DNA from: Octopus vulgaris
Lineage: Eukaryota
Direction: 5' to 3'
Assembly (NCBI GenBank): GCA_951406725.2
Contig: OX597839.1
Coordinates: 17,732,001 to 17,796,000 of the forward strand
Length of the DNA: 64,000 nucleotides
The translations under genes were made by a program, and so were the position numbers. Under the pieces are notes generated by a model. The model was not told the DNA's origin and did not search any database. It saw only the letters and a list, made by a program, of their open reading frames with translations. This document shows positions 26,479 to 41,024 of the stretch, in pieces. How positions within the stretch are numbered: the stretch's first letter is position 1; each line of letters begins with the position of its first letter.

Positions 26479-27420
26479 TTAAAGAGCTTTGCAATCTCGT
26501 GGTTTCAGATTCAGTTCCACTACCCAACAACCCTTCTACTATAGTCCTGGGTCAATCAATGCTTTGTGAGTGAATTTGGTTGGCACAAACTGTGTGAAAG
26601 CTTGTTTGTGTGTGTTTGTGTCCTCACAACACTTGACAGCTGATGTTAGTTTGTTTACATTCTTGTAACTTAGCAGTTGAACGAAAGAGACCAAGAGAAT
26701 AAGTATCAGACTTGAAAAAAAATTAAGTAATGAGTTGATTTGTTCAACTGAAATCCTTCAAAGCAGTGTCCTGGCTTGACCACAGTCCAATGACTGAAAC
26801 AAGTAAAAGATAAACGATATATATTATAGCTGTTACCCTTTAATAATACATCAGGATTTCTTTTCCATTTTATTGAACTTTATTCTACTCATTTTTTAAG
26901 TTTATATTGTTTTTGTCAATGGTCAATCACATTAACCAACAGATTCCATTAATGTAGAAGTCTAATGATATCCTGTCCAATCAGTTTTAAATGTTTATTA
27001 ATGAGTTACCAGATAATTATCACTATCATTTATAAACATTTAATAACCATTGTACAAAAGTTCGCTTCTGTCTGACAATCAGTTTTCTGAAAGTCAACGT
27101 AACACTTTGGGAAGTTTTTCAGTTTCAATAAAACAATAAAACTATTTTACTCTATCTTTGCTATTCAAGTACTATTTCTCTCCTTAGTTCATATTAGTTA
27201 TGTGTCTATATACATGTGTGTGTGTGTCTCATTGTCGCTACAAGTAGTGTCATCCATTTCCAATATTCTGTCAAAACCTAGAAAGAAATTACCTTGCTTG
27301 GAAACAGGTGAGTGTTGGTGACAGGAAGGGCATTTGACTAAAGAAAAAGATCTGCCTCAATAAACCCTGTCTGATCCATGTAAACATGAGAAAGTGCACA
27401 ATGAAACAATGATGATAATG

Positions 27421-27463
<43 letters not shown>

Positions 27464-27487
27464 CATACATATATATATATACATGTG

Positions 27488-27518
<31 letters not shown>

Positions 27519-29758
27519 ATGTATATATATATATATATAAGTATATATGTATATATACATACATATATATATATATGTATATATATATCTATATATATAT
27601 ATAATTATCTATCCTTTTATTACCAGTCAGTCTCACATTGGTTATTAAATAATCAGATATTAGATAACAGGGTGGTTACCTAAATACAAGTGCTCTTCAA
27701 GGATGGCAAGTATGGAAAAAAATATACCAACTATTCTCTATTGTAGGAGGCAAGAAATTGTCGTATCTGGTTTATGGATGCAGTGAAATGCACACATATT
27801 ATATTTATGCACACACACACAGAAAGGTAATAATTAACTTAACATATGTGATGGAGTCTATTTATAATCTTGTGATTCACTTTGCCTCTAGATCAAGTTC
27901 CTTGTTTGTAAACCTTCTTTCATATAGTTATCAAATTTGTGGAGAAATATTACCCACTGGAAGTTTGTTGAAGCCTGTCTAGACCTGAAGAGAAGTGAAT
28001 AGGAGTGAGATTATAAGCCACTTTTATAAAACTTTTATGTCTTTTTGCACCCATGAGGAAGATTTAGCACTTATCTCTTTAACCCAATAATACTGGAGTT
28101 AATCACTAAACCTTAAAAACCCTACAAGCTTAGCAGACTTTTACATTTACATATCCCATATACAAAATTAAATTTGTTAAATGCTTGTGTCAGAAATTTC
28201 TAGTCTTTGTCTATCATAGACTATCTGTAAATGATTGTTATTAACAAATTCTGTCATAATAGAATCAGATTCACTTCTTACACGACAGATAGCGTGATAA
28301 CTACTTGTCCTAGTATGTAACTCCTCATATCTGCTGAGAGATTACCATACAAAGAAAGAAATATCTTGATCAAATTATGATTTATAAGATGCAGAAATTT
28401 ATTACGATTTAATCTGCGAGTCGTTAGAAGATCACATCACAACAGAGGAAAAAATTCAATGAAGTTATCGATTCTAGAATATGGCAAAAATAATTATTCA
28501 TTTGCAAATTTTTAGATCTCACTTGAATATATAAAATTTCTATTGCAAAATCAAAAAAAAAAAAAAAAAATCAAACAAAACAAAAAAGTTGTTGAATAAA
28601 ATATATTAAAATTATCTGTAATCACAAATTTTGAAATTAAACTGAAAAAAAGTTTGCTCATTTAAATGAAGTGATACTTGAAAACTTACACAGAAATTTG
28701 CAAGACCTTTCAAAGAATCCAGTTTAAAGAGATTTGCCTAGTTTTAATTATGGTTGTCTACGTTATAATTAATTCTAAAGTATAAGATTATCAAAAATTC
28801 CTTTTAGAAAAAGCCATTCATTCTAATGTAATATTGAGGGAGTCCTGTGTATCGAAAGTTGTTCGAAAGTATGTCAATCACATTTCCAATATAAAATATG
28901 ATTAATAATAAGGATAATTTATTTTAGAACTTACCAGAAAATGCAAAAATGAAAATAAAATAATAAAATTTACATATTAACATGAAAAAATATGAAACAT
29001 AAAATCTATAATTTAGATATCTTCATGAATACATTATTTTAATTATCATCATTTAATAAATTTTCAATTCATTAAACAAGTTAGAAAATTTTTTAAAAGA
29101 ATCTCTTAAACCTGAGTTTAAAAGAGAGAGAGAAAAAAAACGTAATAATACAAAAAAAAATTTGCAGGTGATATAAAATAAATATTGTATAGTTACAAAT
29201 CATAGACATGAAGGAAAATGTGAAAGGTGAGGTGAAGTGAGATAAGGGGGCAAGGAGAAAAGATGTTACAGGATTTTTAAAGAAAGAAAAAAATATATAT
29301 ATATATATAAAAGATTCATAAATGATGTTGGGGTGTACAATTTTAAGATGGTTACAGAATATGATGGAAGCTTAATAAATAGACTGGCGTGTTTGCTTAA
29401 TTAGATGAAACTCTATTGAAGGAAAATTCTTTTGTATAGTGGTTATATTAACATTAGTAAGATCAAAGAGCAAGCACGTACAAGTTGCTTTGATAGACCA
29501 CACAAATTATGGTTCAACTTTTAATAAATGCAAGTGATAACAAGTTGAAGTGGAATTGCAAATACTGAGTGGAAATAGAATTTGATTAAATAAGTGTTAT
29601 ATGTGAAATTAGAGAAGTTTAACAATAAAAAAAAGCAAAAATATAAAAATAAAAACTGAAACATTTGATGTTTGGTATTTTAATAAGAATAATAATTAAT
29701 ATTATTAACATTCTTCATCGTCTTCTTCTTTTTCTTCTCATCATCATCATCATCATCA

Positions 29759-29802
<44 letters not shown>

Positions 29803-29804
<2 letters not shown>

Positions 29805-30960
29805 GGTGGTAGATTAGCAGAATTGTTAGAGCATCAGATGAAATGCTTTGTGGCATTTGCTCCAAGTTTTTATGTTCTGAGTTCAAATCATGCAAAGATC
29901 AGTTTTGTCTTTCATCCTTCCTGGGTTGATAATGTAAACGTACCAGTCAAATACTGGTGTAGATGTAATCAGCTAGCCCTATCCTTCAAAATTGCTGGTC
30001 TTGTGCCTAAATCAGAAATCATTATTATTATTATCATTATTAATGGTGGCGAGCTGGCAGAAATGTTAGCACGCCGGGTGAAATGCATAGCCGTATTTCG
30101 TCTGTCGGTACGTTCTGAGTTCAAATTCCGCCAAGGTCAACTTTGCCTTTCATCCTTTCAGGGTTGATAAAAATAAAGTACCAGTTTCGCACTGGGGTCG
30201 ATGTAATCGACTTAATCCCTTTCTCTGTCCTGTCTATGTTTAGCCCCTTGTGGGCAGTAAAGAAAAAAAAAATTATTATTATTAAGGCAGTAAACTAGCA
30301 AAATTATTAGCATGCCAGGCAAAATGCTTCACAACTTTTTGTCTGTCTTTACATTCTGAGTTCAGTTTCCACCAAGCTCAACTTTGCCTTTTATCTTTTC
30401 AGGGTCAATAAATTAAGTACCAGAGAAACACTGGTGTTGATGTAATCGACTTGTCCTCTCCCAACAAATTTCATGCCTAGTGCCTTTAGCAGAAAAAATT
30501 ATTATTATCATTATTATTATTTTTAAGGTGGCATACTAGCAGAATCCTTACAGTGTCAGACCAAATGCTTAGCAGCATTTCTTCCCTCTTTACATTCTGA
30601 TTTTAAATTTCACTGAATCATCATTGCTTTTCATCCTTTCAGAGTTGAATGCTGGATCGATGTGATTGACTAACCCCTTCCCCCAAGATTTTAGGCCCTG
30701 TGTCTATAGTAGAAAGAATTATTATTATTATTTCTATTATTAAGGCTGTGAGCTGGCAGAATCATTAGCATGCCAGGCAAAATGCTTAGTGGTATTTCGT
30801 CTGTCTTCGTGCTCTGTCTTCAAATGCTGCTGTGATTGACTTTGCCTTTCATCCTTTCAGGGGTGATGAAATAAGTACCAGTTTTGCACTGGGGTCAATG
30901 TAATCGACTTTAACTTCTCACCCCAAATTGCTGCCCTTGTGGAAAAATTTGAAACCATTA
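29803..30960 (+). mobile_element. Head-to-tail array of five family-B SINEs separated by (TTA)n
   Basis: Copies start at ~29803, 30043, 30284, 30525 and 30741, each after a short TTA-rich tract (family-B copy 2 after an A-run plus TTA) with consensus GGCGGCGAGCTGGCAGAA. Confidence 0.85.
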
Positions 30961-30974
30961 TTATTATTATTATT

Positions 30975-31320
30975 GAGTGAGAGAGCAGTTCATGCCATCA
31001 AAGTGACACTGGGGTAAAATATGCGAAGCCCGTCTGATAAGGGTACACCAGGCACATGCATCACAACGATATGTGTGCAACATGGTGATCTCATATCAAG
31101 ATAAACAGCACATGACCTTGCAGGTGGGGCCCAGTTAGAATTTTCTTCAGGTTGAGTAGCCCATCCCGCTCAAAAGGTCCCTGAATAAGGGTTGTTTAAG
31201 GATGTTGAAAGAACCACCCATGTTTCCAGAGGTGAATTATTCAAACCCCAAAGAATCCCTTTCAACACATGGCTATGATGCTCCCCCACTACTTCTGCTC
31301 GTGATCAGAGATGCAGCCAC
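30975..31320. mobile_element. Unclassified ~345-bp insertion flanked by (TTA)n on both sides
   Basis: GC-richer block bounded by TTA tracts. No convincing ORF. Confidence 0.45.
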
Positions 31321-31378
<58 letters not shown>

Positions 31379-32099
31379 CTTTATTATTAAGGTGGATTGG
31401 TAGGAGCATTAGATCATTGGGAAAATGCCTTGCAGTAGTTGTTCTAGTTCATTACATCTTGAGTTCAAATCCTACCAAAGTCAGTTCAAATCCTACCAAA
31501 ATCAGTTTGTTGTGCTGAAACTGTACTTTGTGGATTGTGCTTCAGAATAAAAAGTGTTCTTCATAGAATGTTGGCTATGCAGAGCATGTGTTATTTATTC
31601 ATTTATTTAATTATTTACCTACTGTCTGCTAAGTTGTAAGCCTTTATTATTGTTGTTTATGCTTTCCTTGTTGCTCATTGTTATTGAAGTTAGTACTCCA
31701 ATCAATAGTGTTAGTGTCTTTACCTTTGTAACCCACATCCCACTTATGGCTATTTTATGATTCTGCTATTTTAACAACTTCTTCATCTTCCTCCAGGCAA
31801 TTCTTTAGTCAGAAAAATCAAACTTATCTATCAAAGTACAGAGAATCTCATTCTCATCTTTGATGATATGATATCTTTTATCTTTTGTTTCGGTTATTGG
31901 GCTGCTGCCATGCTGAGGCATGACCTTAACAGGGTTTCGGTGGAAGTGGTTGACTCTAGTACATATGTTTTTAAGTCTACTTCTTATACTATGACCTTAA
32001 CAGAGTTTCAGTCGAAGAGGTTGACTCTAGTTCATATGTTTTTAAGTCTACTTCTTATACCATTGGTTTCCTTTGTTGAAATACTAAGTTATGAAGGTA

Positions 32100-32321
32100 T
32101 ACAAGATGGTGCTGAAAAGTTCCTGGCTTTAAGGGTATCACGAAAGGCCTGGCTAGAGGCCCAACCTTCTGATTTTCTTTTACAGGGCTTAGAAAAACTG
32201 AAGTGCTGCTGAAATAAGTGTTTGAATCCAAATGGGGAGGATGTTGGATAAAATCATAATTAACAGATCCTCCTGTATCTTCTTTCACCCAAAACCAGGA
32301 ACCTTTCAGCACCCCATCATA
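32100..32321 (+). mobile_element. Mariner-derived MITE
   Basis: Terminal inverted repeats GGTGCTGAAAAGTTCCTGGCTTT / AAAACCAGGAACCTTTCAGCACC with TA ends. Internal remnant of the transposase C-terminus (EKLKCC*NKCLNPNGEDVG*). Confidence 0.75.
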
Positions 32322-33677
32322 AACAAATCAACGTAGTTGTCAAGTAGTGGTGGAGGCACAAATACACACATACACACACACGCACACGACAGGCTTCCAC
32401 ACAGTTTCCACATTCCAAATTCACTCACAAGGCATTTGTCAATCTGGGTCTATAGTAGAAGACATTTGATCAAAGTGCTGTACAGTGAGACTGAACCAGA
32501 AACCACATGGTTGCAAAGTCAGTTTCTTTGCCGTGTAGTCATACCTATGCCTATGGACAGTTTGCTCTGGTCTCCTTGACAATTTGAAGAAACCTGTCCC
32601 ATGCTCTCTTATTCAGTTCATTTACATACATGATTAGTGCATACTTATACCACTTCTCAGTTTTCACATCAATATGTTGGCATATTACCCAGTGGACACA
32701 GCAGTTGATTCAGTTGTGTAAGTGTATATAAGTGTATATGTTCTGTCTTTGAACTGCCAGAAATGGTGTGTTCAATTATTTTTGTGCTGTTAACAGTCTA
32801 CATTTGTTGTTAGCCTGTTGTTTCATTATTTCATTCCTATAGTTCTTTATGGTTGGCATTGATCCTGTACCACTAAAATTAGACTTTCCATTTCTACATT
32901 TATCCCAGAGATTTTGAACCATTGTTAGCTTTCACACTGACTTACTTCCTCTCTGTCAAGTCATGGAGGGTATTGACCATGGTGTGGTTTTTCTCCCTCC
33001 ATTTCTCATTTAGTATATTTGGAATTTTGTTTTCATTCCATCTTTTTTTTTATATCTTTGATGTTTCGTCCTTATGCAAAGCTTTATTTCCAATAGTTAA
33101 CTAAAAGTTTCTTTATCATAGTTCCCTTATTTATAATGATAATGATGATATATTTCTGTGTGAGTTTACCTCCACTGCCAAAACAGGCTGCGGATCCATT
33201 CAGCCATGCCAAATCATCAGCATACAAACAGTTGCATCCAAATGTCCCATTCTAACATTGCTCCAGTCCACTCAGCTGGCAAAAATGAATTGTACCTGTA
33301 ATTCAAAGGGCCAGCCTTGTTGCCTTCTGTGTCATGCTGAATCTCCCTGAGAACTACATTAAGGGTACTTGTGTCATCCAAAAGGATGACAAAGACAACC
33401 TCAGCAAAACTTGAACTTAGAACATAAAGACAGACAAAATGCTTAGTGGTATTTTATCCAGCAAACTAATGATTCTGCCAGGTGAGAGTGTAAGAATAGC
33501 AGAGAAAAAACCTGAATGGGGTCCCTTGATACTGAACCTGCTGAGAGCAGATGTCACCTAACAATGATGACAATGGGTTGTGTTAGTGTTTGTGTTGTTT
33601 GGATTGTGTTATAATGTTGGATGCTAACTGTATAGGATATGTGTTGTGTTATATTATTGGGTAGTAATTTAGAGGAC

Positions 33678-33913
33678 CAGTGGTTCTCAATCAGGGTCCA
33701 TATAAGACCCTGTAGTTCGAATTTATGTGCACCAAATTGATTGTACTTCTACCACACACAAAATGTTTTAACAATTTTTTAAATATAATTCCTAATTGTA
33801 TTTAATTACAAGAATATAATAAGATTTTTTAAACATCAAATGGCTATGAGGGTCCACGTGAGTAAAATAGGAATCAAAGTGGTCCATAGTCAAAAAAGGG
33901 CTGAGAACCACTG
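33678..33913. mobile_element. hAT (Charlie-like) MITE
   Basis: TIRs CAGTGGTTCTCA ... TGAGAACCACTG. No clean 8-bp TSD. Confidence 0.75.
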
Positions 33914-36781
33914 GAGCAGACTGTGTTTGGGTGGCATTATAGCATTGGGTGATGACTATCTGTTTTGTGATTGTGTAGCGTATATATGTTCAATGAGTTA
34001 TACAGTGGGATGTGAATTGCACTGGTGAATTAAAAATAATATCTTGGTAAAAAGGGGATCAACATGTCAATCAGAATACAAAATCATTGAAACAATGCAT
34101 TAAATGCTTTATAGAATTTAGTTCCATTTTCTATCATCTAATTTCAAATACTGATGGGCTTTTCACTAAAAATAGACAATGCCTCAACATCTGTGAGCAT
34201 GGTGACCTGCAAGCAAAATTATCATTTTATTCCTTAATTTTTCTCAGTTCATATTGGAGAATAAGGTTCAAGGTTAGATAAGAATTGCAGAATTTTAATG
34301 AACATTCATCAAATTACTTGTAATTATTGAATATGAGTAAGCGTTTTCTATTTTAGTTTCGTATTTCGTTTTTAATTAAATATTCAAAATTTATTACGTT
34401 TCTTTCCTTCTTTCATTGAAATAAGGAATAGAAAACTGGCAGATTTATTAGCATGTCAAGCAGAATACTTGGCAGCATTTTTGCCTTGTTCTTTTACTTT
34501 CTGAGTTCAAATTCTGTCAAAGTCAGCTTTGCTTTTTATCCTTTTGGGGTTGATAAAATAAAGTCATGTACAAAAGTTGATGTAATTAACTAAAACCCTT
34601 CCTCCCAAAATTGCTGGCTTAGTGCCAATATTAGAAAGAATTTTTATCATTATGAAGGCAGCAAGCTAGCTGAATCATTAATGCATTGAGCAAAATGCTT
34701 AGTGGTACTTCTGGCTCTTTACATTCTAAACTTAAATCCCACAGAAATCAACTTTACCTTTCATTCTTTCAAAGTCTTTAGAAGTAGTACTAGTTGAGCA
34801 CTGGGATTGATGTAATCAACTTACCCCACTCCATTCATACTTGCTGGTCTTGTACCAAAATTAAGGACAAAGGATAAAGATTCTCCCTGAGTTATATAGA
34901 CTCATAGGGCCAGTTTTCCAGTTTCCATGGCATATATATTAACCCCCACCTGGATGGCATACCAGTCTGTCGCAAGATTACTCAGTTGACTGGATCAATA
35001 TGAAATGAACCCAACCTATCACCCAGCCCAGGAATTGAAACTACACTCTTACGATTATGAGTCCAAAACCCTAACCACTAAGCCATACTCCTCCACTGTG
35101 CCAAAATTAAAAAGAATTATTTTTTTAAATGTGGCAAAAATATTTTTTTCTAAGGAAGTAGAGATGATTTGGCATCAAATGATAATTCATAAGGGAAAAA
35201 CTTTAAGTGAATCATTGAGATATGTTGACCTAGGACTACATTATTTTCTGCTCTTTTTTGTGATTTAAGGAAGATTTGGTAGCTATTTCTAGCATGTTGA
35301 AAAGTGACTTAATGGAGTCTCAATATTTGTGCTTTATGTTATATTTTTTGTCAGCATCTTTTGTTGACAATAGGTTAAAATCAATCAGTTTATCAGATTA
35401 ATCTTCAGAAAACATAAATACATTGCTGGTCTCAAGAGATCAATATTATCAGAAATATGTGAAACCAAATAATTTGGCAATTTGTTTAACTTTTAAACTT
35501 AACATGACAGTAATTGATGGTGGTGGTGGGAACAGTAGTGCAGTGGTGGTGGTGATGGGACAGTAGTACTGGTGGTGGTACCAGCAGTTACCATGGTGGT
35601 AGTGGTATTGCCGCTGCTGGCAATGGTCATAGGAGTGGTAGTGGTGCTGGCGCTGCTATTGTTGTTTAGCCCCAGGTCAATCCTGGTAAGCATATAAGTT
35701 CAAGTCGTAGCCATGTTAGGTTTTTTTTTTATATATATCTTCTCTTAGCATAGTTTATCATCATCATCATCATTTAACGTCCGCTTTTCATGCTAGCATG
35801 GGTTGGACGGTTCAACTGGGGTCTGGGAAGCCAGAAGGCTGCACCTGGCCCAGTCTGATCTGGCTGCGTTTCTACAGCTGGATGCCCTTCCTAACGCCAA
35901 CCACTCCGTGAGTGTAGTGGGTGCTTTTTACGTGCCACCAGCACAGGTGCCAGATGAGGCTGGCAAACGGCCACGATCAGATGGTGCTTTTTACATGCCA
36001 CCGGCATGGAGGCCAGACAAGGCTGGCAACGGCCACGATCAGATGGTGCATTTTACGTGCAACCGGCACTAGACTATATTATCTACTGTATCCATCCTCT
36101 TCTAAAGGTAGTAATGTGTCATATGAGGAGTATTTAGCTACAACTTCAAACAAGTTGACCAACCACTGACAAGTTCCCTGATTGGCTTGAACCAGTTACA
36201 GGTTGCTGTTTTTGCTATTGTTGTTATTGGTGTTAGTCATGGTGATAATGATGATTTTTGTATTTTCTGAAAGGGCAATGAGTGAGGAGACATTTCAAGA
36301 ACTATAAAGAGGCACACTCCAGAAGACAGCAGCAAACATGCTCAGAAAACAAGTTCAAAGCCCCAAAATTGTTAACATCTACCAGGAATTTCAACATCAA
36401 TTGCGATGTAGACCACTTCTAATTAAAATTAAGGCAAGGCAGCAGAGGTTTAACATTAATTCAAATCAGCTTTAGAAGTAGCTTCATTTCCCTTCGACAA
36501 CATCTACTACCTGCCAAATATCAAAATGTAATCATGGGTCAAGTTTGCATACATGAGGCTGATACCATCATGAGAGTTGCAGAGGAACTTTTCAGTAAGT
36601 ACTCCCTGACTGGTAACAGAGATGTACACCCAGGAAATTTCCCCAACTCTACTATAACTGATCACTAGAAGACAGGCTGCTTACATACAAGCAAATGGTC
36701 TTACATGGCTATGTTCTCAAAGTTTCAAACTGACTGAGACATGGTCATTCATGACCAAAGAGGGTCTTTTATTTATTTATA

Positions 36782-36816
<35 letters not shown>

Positions 36817-37684
36817 CTTAGTATTTATATTTGTTCCTCTAACACCATCAGTTGGCTACTAGTGTTGCTTTGTTTATGTCCCTGTAACTTAGCAGTTGGG
36901 CAAATGAGCTCATTAGAATCAAGATGGTACTCTAACACACCCACAGTCCAATGATTGAAACATATAAATGACAAAAGAGAGAAAATATATCTAAATAGTA
37001 AGAAAAATATCTTAAAATGACCTTAAATGAGACTAAGAATAATGAAAGAAATAAAGAAAAAAAGAATCAAATAAAATTTAAAAAATGAAGACTGTATGTA
37101 GGTCATGATCCATGAGGGAGGAGGAAATAGAAACAGTTCCTACAGAAAGGAAGTTTAGAGGTGGCCATCACCTTCTGTTAAGCCAATTAACCTGACATTT
37201 TTCTTCCATTTCCCTCTAGAGGAGATAATAATCAATCTTGAGCTAAATATGTATAGAAGAGGTTGAAGAACTTATCAGTCTGATTGGATGTTATAACAGA
37301 CTAGAAAGGAGCCTAATTTACTTAGAGACCATCAAATAATTCTTTCTAACTTTAGCACAAAGCCAGCAATTTTGAGGGGAGGGGGAAGATAATTATGTCG
37401 ATCTCAGTACTTGACTGGTACTTTGTTCTATTGAAAGGATGAAAGCGAAATTAACTTCAGTGGAATTTGAACTCAAATAAAATATTAATTTCAAATTTTG
37501 GCACAAAATGCTAACGTGGTCTTTGATATATTATTACAAAACAGAAAGAAAAAACAGGAACGGTCATGGTTGGAATGTCTCTGGTGATAGGTTTACTTGA
37601 TTAACTTTGACCTGGAGTTAAACACTGCAACTAACAACAACCCCACAGAAAACAGGAAAATCATGTCATCATAGAAATCATCAC

Positions 37685-38402
37685 TCTTAGTGCTAAGCAT
37701 TTTACCCAATATGTTAATGATGCTTATTTCTTTATTGCCCACAAGGGGTTAAACACAGAGGGGACAAACAAGGACAGACAAAGGGATTAAGTCGATTACA
37801 TAGACCCCAGTGCATAACTGATACTTAATTTATCGACCCCAAAAGGATGAAAGGCAAAGTTGACCGTGTCGTAATTTGAACTCAGAACTTAAAGGCAGAC
37901 GGAATACCTATTTCTTTACTACCCACAAGGGGCTAAACACAGAGGGAACAAACAAGGACAAACAAACGGATTAAGTCGATTACATCAACCCTTGTATGTA
38001 ACTGGTACATAATTTATCGACCCCGAAAGGATGAAAGGCAAAGTTGACCTTGGCGGAATTTGAACCCAGAACATAAAGACAGACGGAATACCGCTAAGCA
38101 TTTCACACGGCATGCTAAAGTTTCTGCTAGCTCGCCGCCTTATATGTTAATGATTCTGCCAGTTCACCACCTTAACATGAATAAAATATTGATTTCGAAT
38201 TTTTGGCACAAAGTCAGCAATATCAGGGGAGTGGGGTAAGTCAATTACATAGACCCCAGTGCTCAATCGGTACTTATTTTATCGACCCAGAAAAGATGAA
38301 AGGCAAAGTAGGCAGAAATTGAATGCAGATCATAAAGAGAGATGAAATGCCACTAAGCATTTTGCCCAGTGTGATAACGATTCTGCCAGCTCACTGCCTT
38401 GA
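37685..38402 (-). mobile_element. Cluster of nested/tandem family-B SINEs, including an internally duplicated copy (37724-38141)
   Basis: Repeated reverse-complement copies of the family-B core and tail. Confidence 0.85.
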
Positions 38403-39463
38403 AATCAAATTAAATGTTAACTAATGAAATGGATTACACCAACACCTTTCAATCATTATTGCTTTTTTTTTTTCTCTTGTTTCTACCTGAAAATTGACCT
38501 CATTATTTATGTTTTTTCTTAAGTCTTGTACTTATTCTCACTCTTTTGCCAAACATCTAAGTTCATCATCATCATCATCATCGTTTAACGTCCGCTTTCC
38601 ATGCTAGCATGGGTTGGACGATTTTGACTGAGGGCTGGCGAGCCAGGCTCCAATCTTGATTTGGTAGAGTTTCTACAGCTGGATGCCCTTCCTAATGCCA
38701 ACCACTCCGAGAGTGTAGTGGGTGCTTTTTACGTGCCACTGGCATGGGGGCCAGTCAGGCAGTACTGGCAACAACCTCGCTCAAATCCTTTTACACATGC
38801 CACCAGCACAGGTGCCAGTTAGGTGACTTTGGTAACAATCACACTTGAATGGTGCCCTTTTACGTGCCACTGGCACGGAAGCCAGTTGGCTGCTCTGGCA
38901 ACAATCACGCTCGGAAGGTGTTCTTGGCACCCTACTAGCACGGGCACAAGTGCCAGTAAGGTGACGCTGGTAACGATCACATGGATACATAATCAAAACA
39001 ACACCAGTTTTCAAGTGCTGATGGGGACAAACACAAAGACACCCATGCGCACATACATATATACACATATATTGCTGACATCATAAACACTAAGAAGCTT
39101 GGATGAATGTGAAATAATTCAGTTTCAGTTGTGAAACTCTAAAGCTATAAATAATAGCATTTAAATAATGGATGAAGAAATCCCTTTGGTTAGAAAAATC
39201 GAAAGGTTGCCAATATATACAGGCTATTATTTGTAACTTTATCTACTTAAAGCTTCATAATACAAAATGAATTATGTGTGTGTGTGCTCGTGCGCATGCA
39301 CAACAGGCTTCCACACAGTTTCAATCTATTAAATTTACTCACGAGTTATTAGTCAGTGCAATGCTGTAACAGAAAACAATTGCCATGCAAGGTGCTATGT
39401 GGTGGGACTAAACCTGAAGCCATATAGTTGCAAAGCTCGCTTCAAATGCAAGGACACACACAC

Positions 39464-39494
<31 letters not shown>

Positions 39495-40869
39495 CGATGG
39501 GCTTCTTTCAGTTTCTGTCTACCAAATCCACTCACAAGGTTTTAGTCAGCCCAAAGCTATAGTAGAAGACACTTTCTCAAGGTGTCATGCAGCAGGACTG
39601 AACTTGGAACCATGTAGTTGGGAAGCAGGTTTCTTACCACACAGCCACTCCTGTGCCAATCCACCTGAAGCTGCCCCAGGTTCTATGACATAAACTTACT
39701 GTCTTAAAGTGGTCTAAATTATAATCTTCCATTAAAATTTTATGCTAATTTGTTCCAGACCCCTGCTTAATAATGAGAAAGTTATTTTATTAAAATCTTC
39801 ATTATTTTAAAAATTAATGGAAACAGTTTGTTAACAGAAGTATGGAAACAAAAGGGTGTTAAGTGAAGTTAACAGTCTTTGTGTGTTTCTGAATGGCTAA
39901 TATGTTTCTTCCCTGCTGTAACTGTTTTACTTTCAAAACATGGTCTCAGATCAAATCACTTGCAGGACTAGTGCAGCTCACTACCAAAAATGTAATTTTC
40001 TTCTTTCAAGAATTGAATTTTAAAGGAAGCCAAAAATATTCTTTAAAATTGAAATTATCTCTTATTTTAATATGTAGTTCTTAAAAAAAAGAAGGCACAG
40101 ACCTGTGACTTTTCAGGCTCTAATGAAGTCAAAGTATTAATTATATTGACTTCGTTAGGGCCTGAAATGTTTAATTTGAACTTTTGTTGGTTAACTAGAA
40201 TTAAATTACAAAGCATATTGTTGTCTGGAATTAAATTACAAACATTTGTAGTTCAGATAATTGTAGGGGAAATTTTAAACAGCCCCTGCTATTATCAAAA
40301 TATTCAAAATATCATTTCAGCTTTGTGAGGTTGACATGTGCTGAGAAAATATAAACTGGGAATGAGTTATTGAGTGTTAATATTTTGGTTCTTCTTTTTT
40401 GTCAAATAAACACATGCACTCTGCCCTTCACTCATTTCTTATTGTCTGGAAATCTTTCATCACACATCTGTGATATCCTCAGTGTCTCTTCCATCCTACA
40501 TTGTCTCTTCCTGTTCTGTTTAGTCCAGAATGGACATAAGATAAAATAAAAATAATAATAAACTAGTGAAGAACAAATATATAGTGCATATTTGTTTGTA
40601 TTCCACCTGCCTTCGTCTTTTGTTTATTTCCGTAAACCTGCCTTCGTCTTTTGTCTATTTTCATAAAGCTTCCCGTTATATAGTGCATATGTTTATTTGA
40701 CAAGAAAAATAAATGACCATCCCAAAAACATAACAATATTTTGGTAATTGTTTGTGGGTGGTAGTTTTAGAAATCAGTTTAATTATAATTTGTAATATTT
40801 CGTTTTTGGATTTGGTTTGCAAGATTCTTTATATGAGTTCGTGTGTTGAAGCATATTCTGTTGTGTCTG

Positions 40870-41024
40870 GGGAGAGTCATTCTCTTTTAGTGCCTTATTA
40901 TTTAACACACTCATCGGTAAAATTTCCACTTATTCTTATTTTTATTTTCTAAAATTTCGTTTCGTGGAAATTTTACCGGTGAGTGTGTTAAATAATAAGG
41001 CACTAAAAGAGAATGACTCTCTCC
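40870..41024. repeat. Fold-back, ~60-bp arms (40870-40929 / 40964-41024)
   Basis: GGAGAGTCATTCTCTTTTAGTGCCTTATTATTTAACACACTCATCGGTAAAATTTCCAC and its reverse complement. Confidence 0.9.

Noticed and set aside
28150-28870. Possible Penelope RT/GIY-YIG remnant
   Set aside because: Only faint motif resemblance in heavily disrupted frames. It needs blastx to assess.
40445-40490. Hammerhead (CTGAGGA-stem II-GAAA on the minus strand)
   Set aside because: Stem I does not pair and stem III is imperfect. At most a decayed relic.
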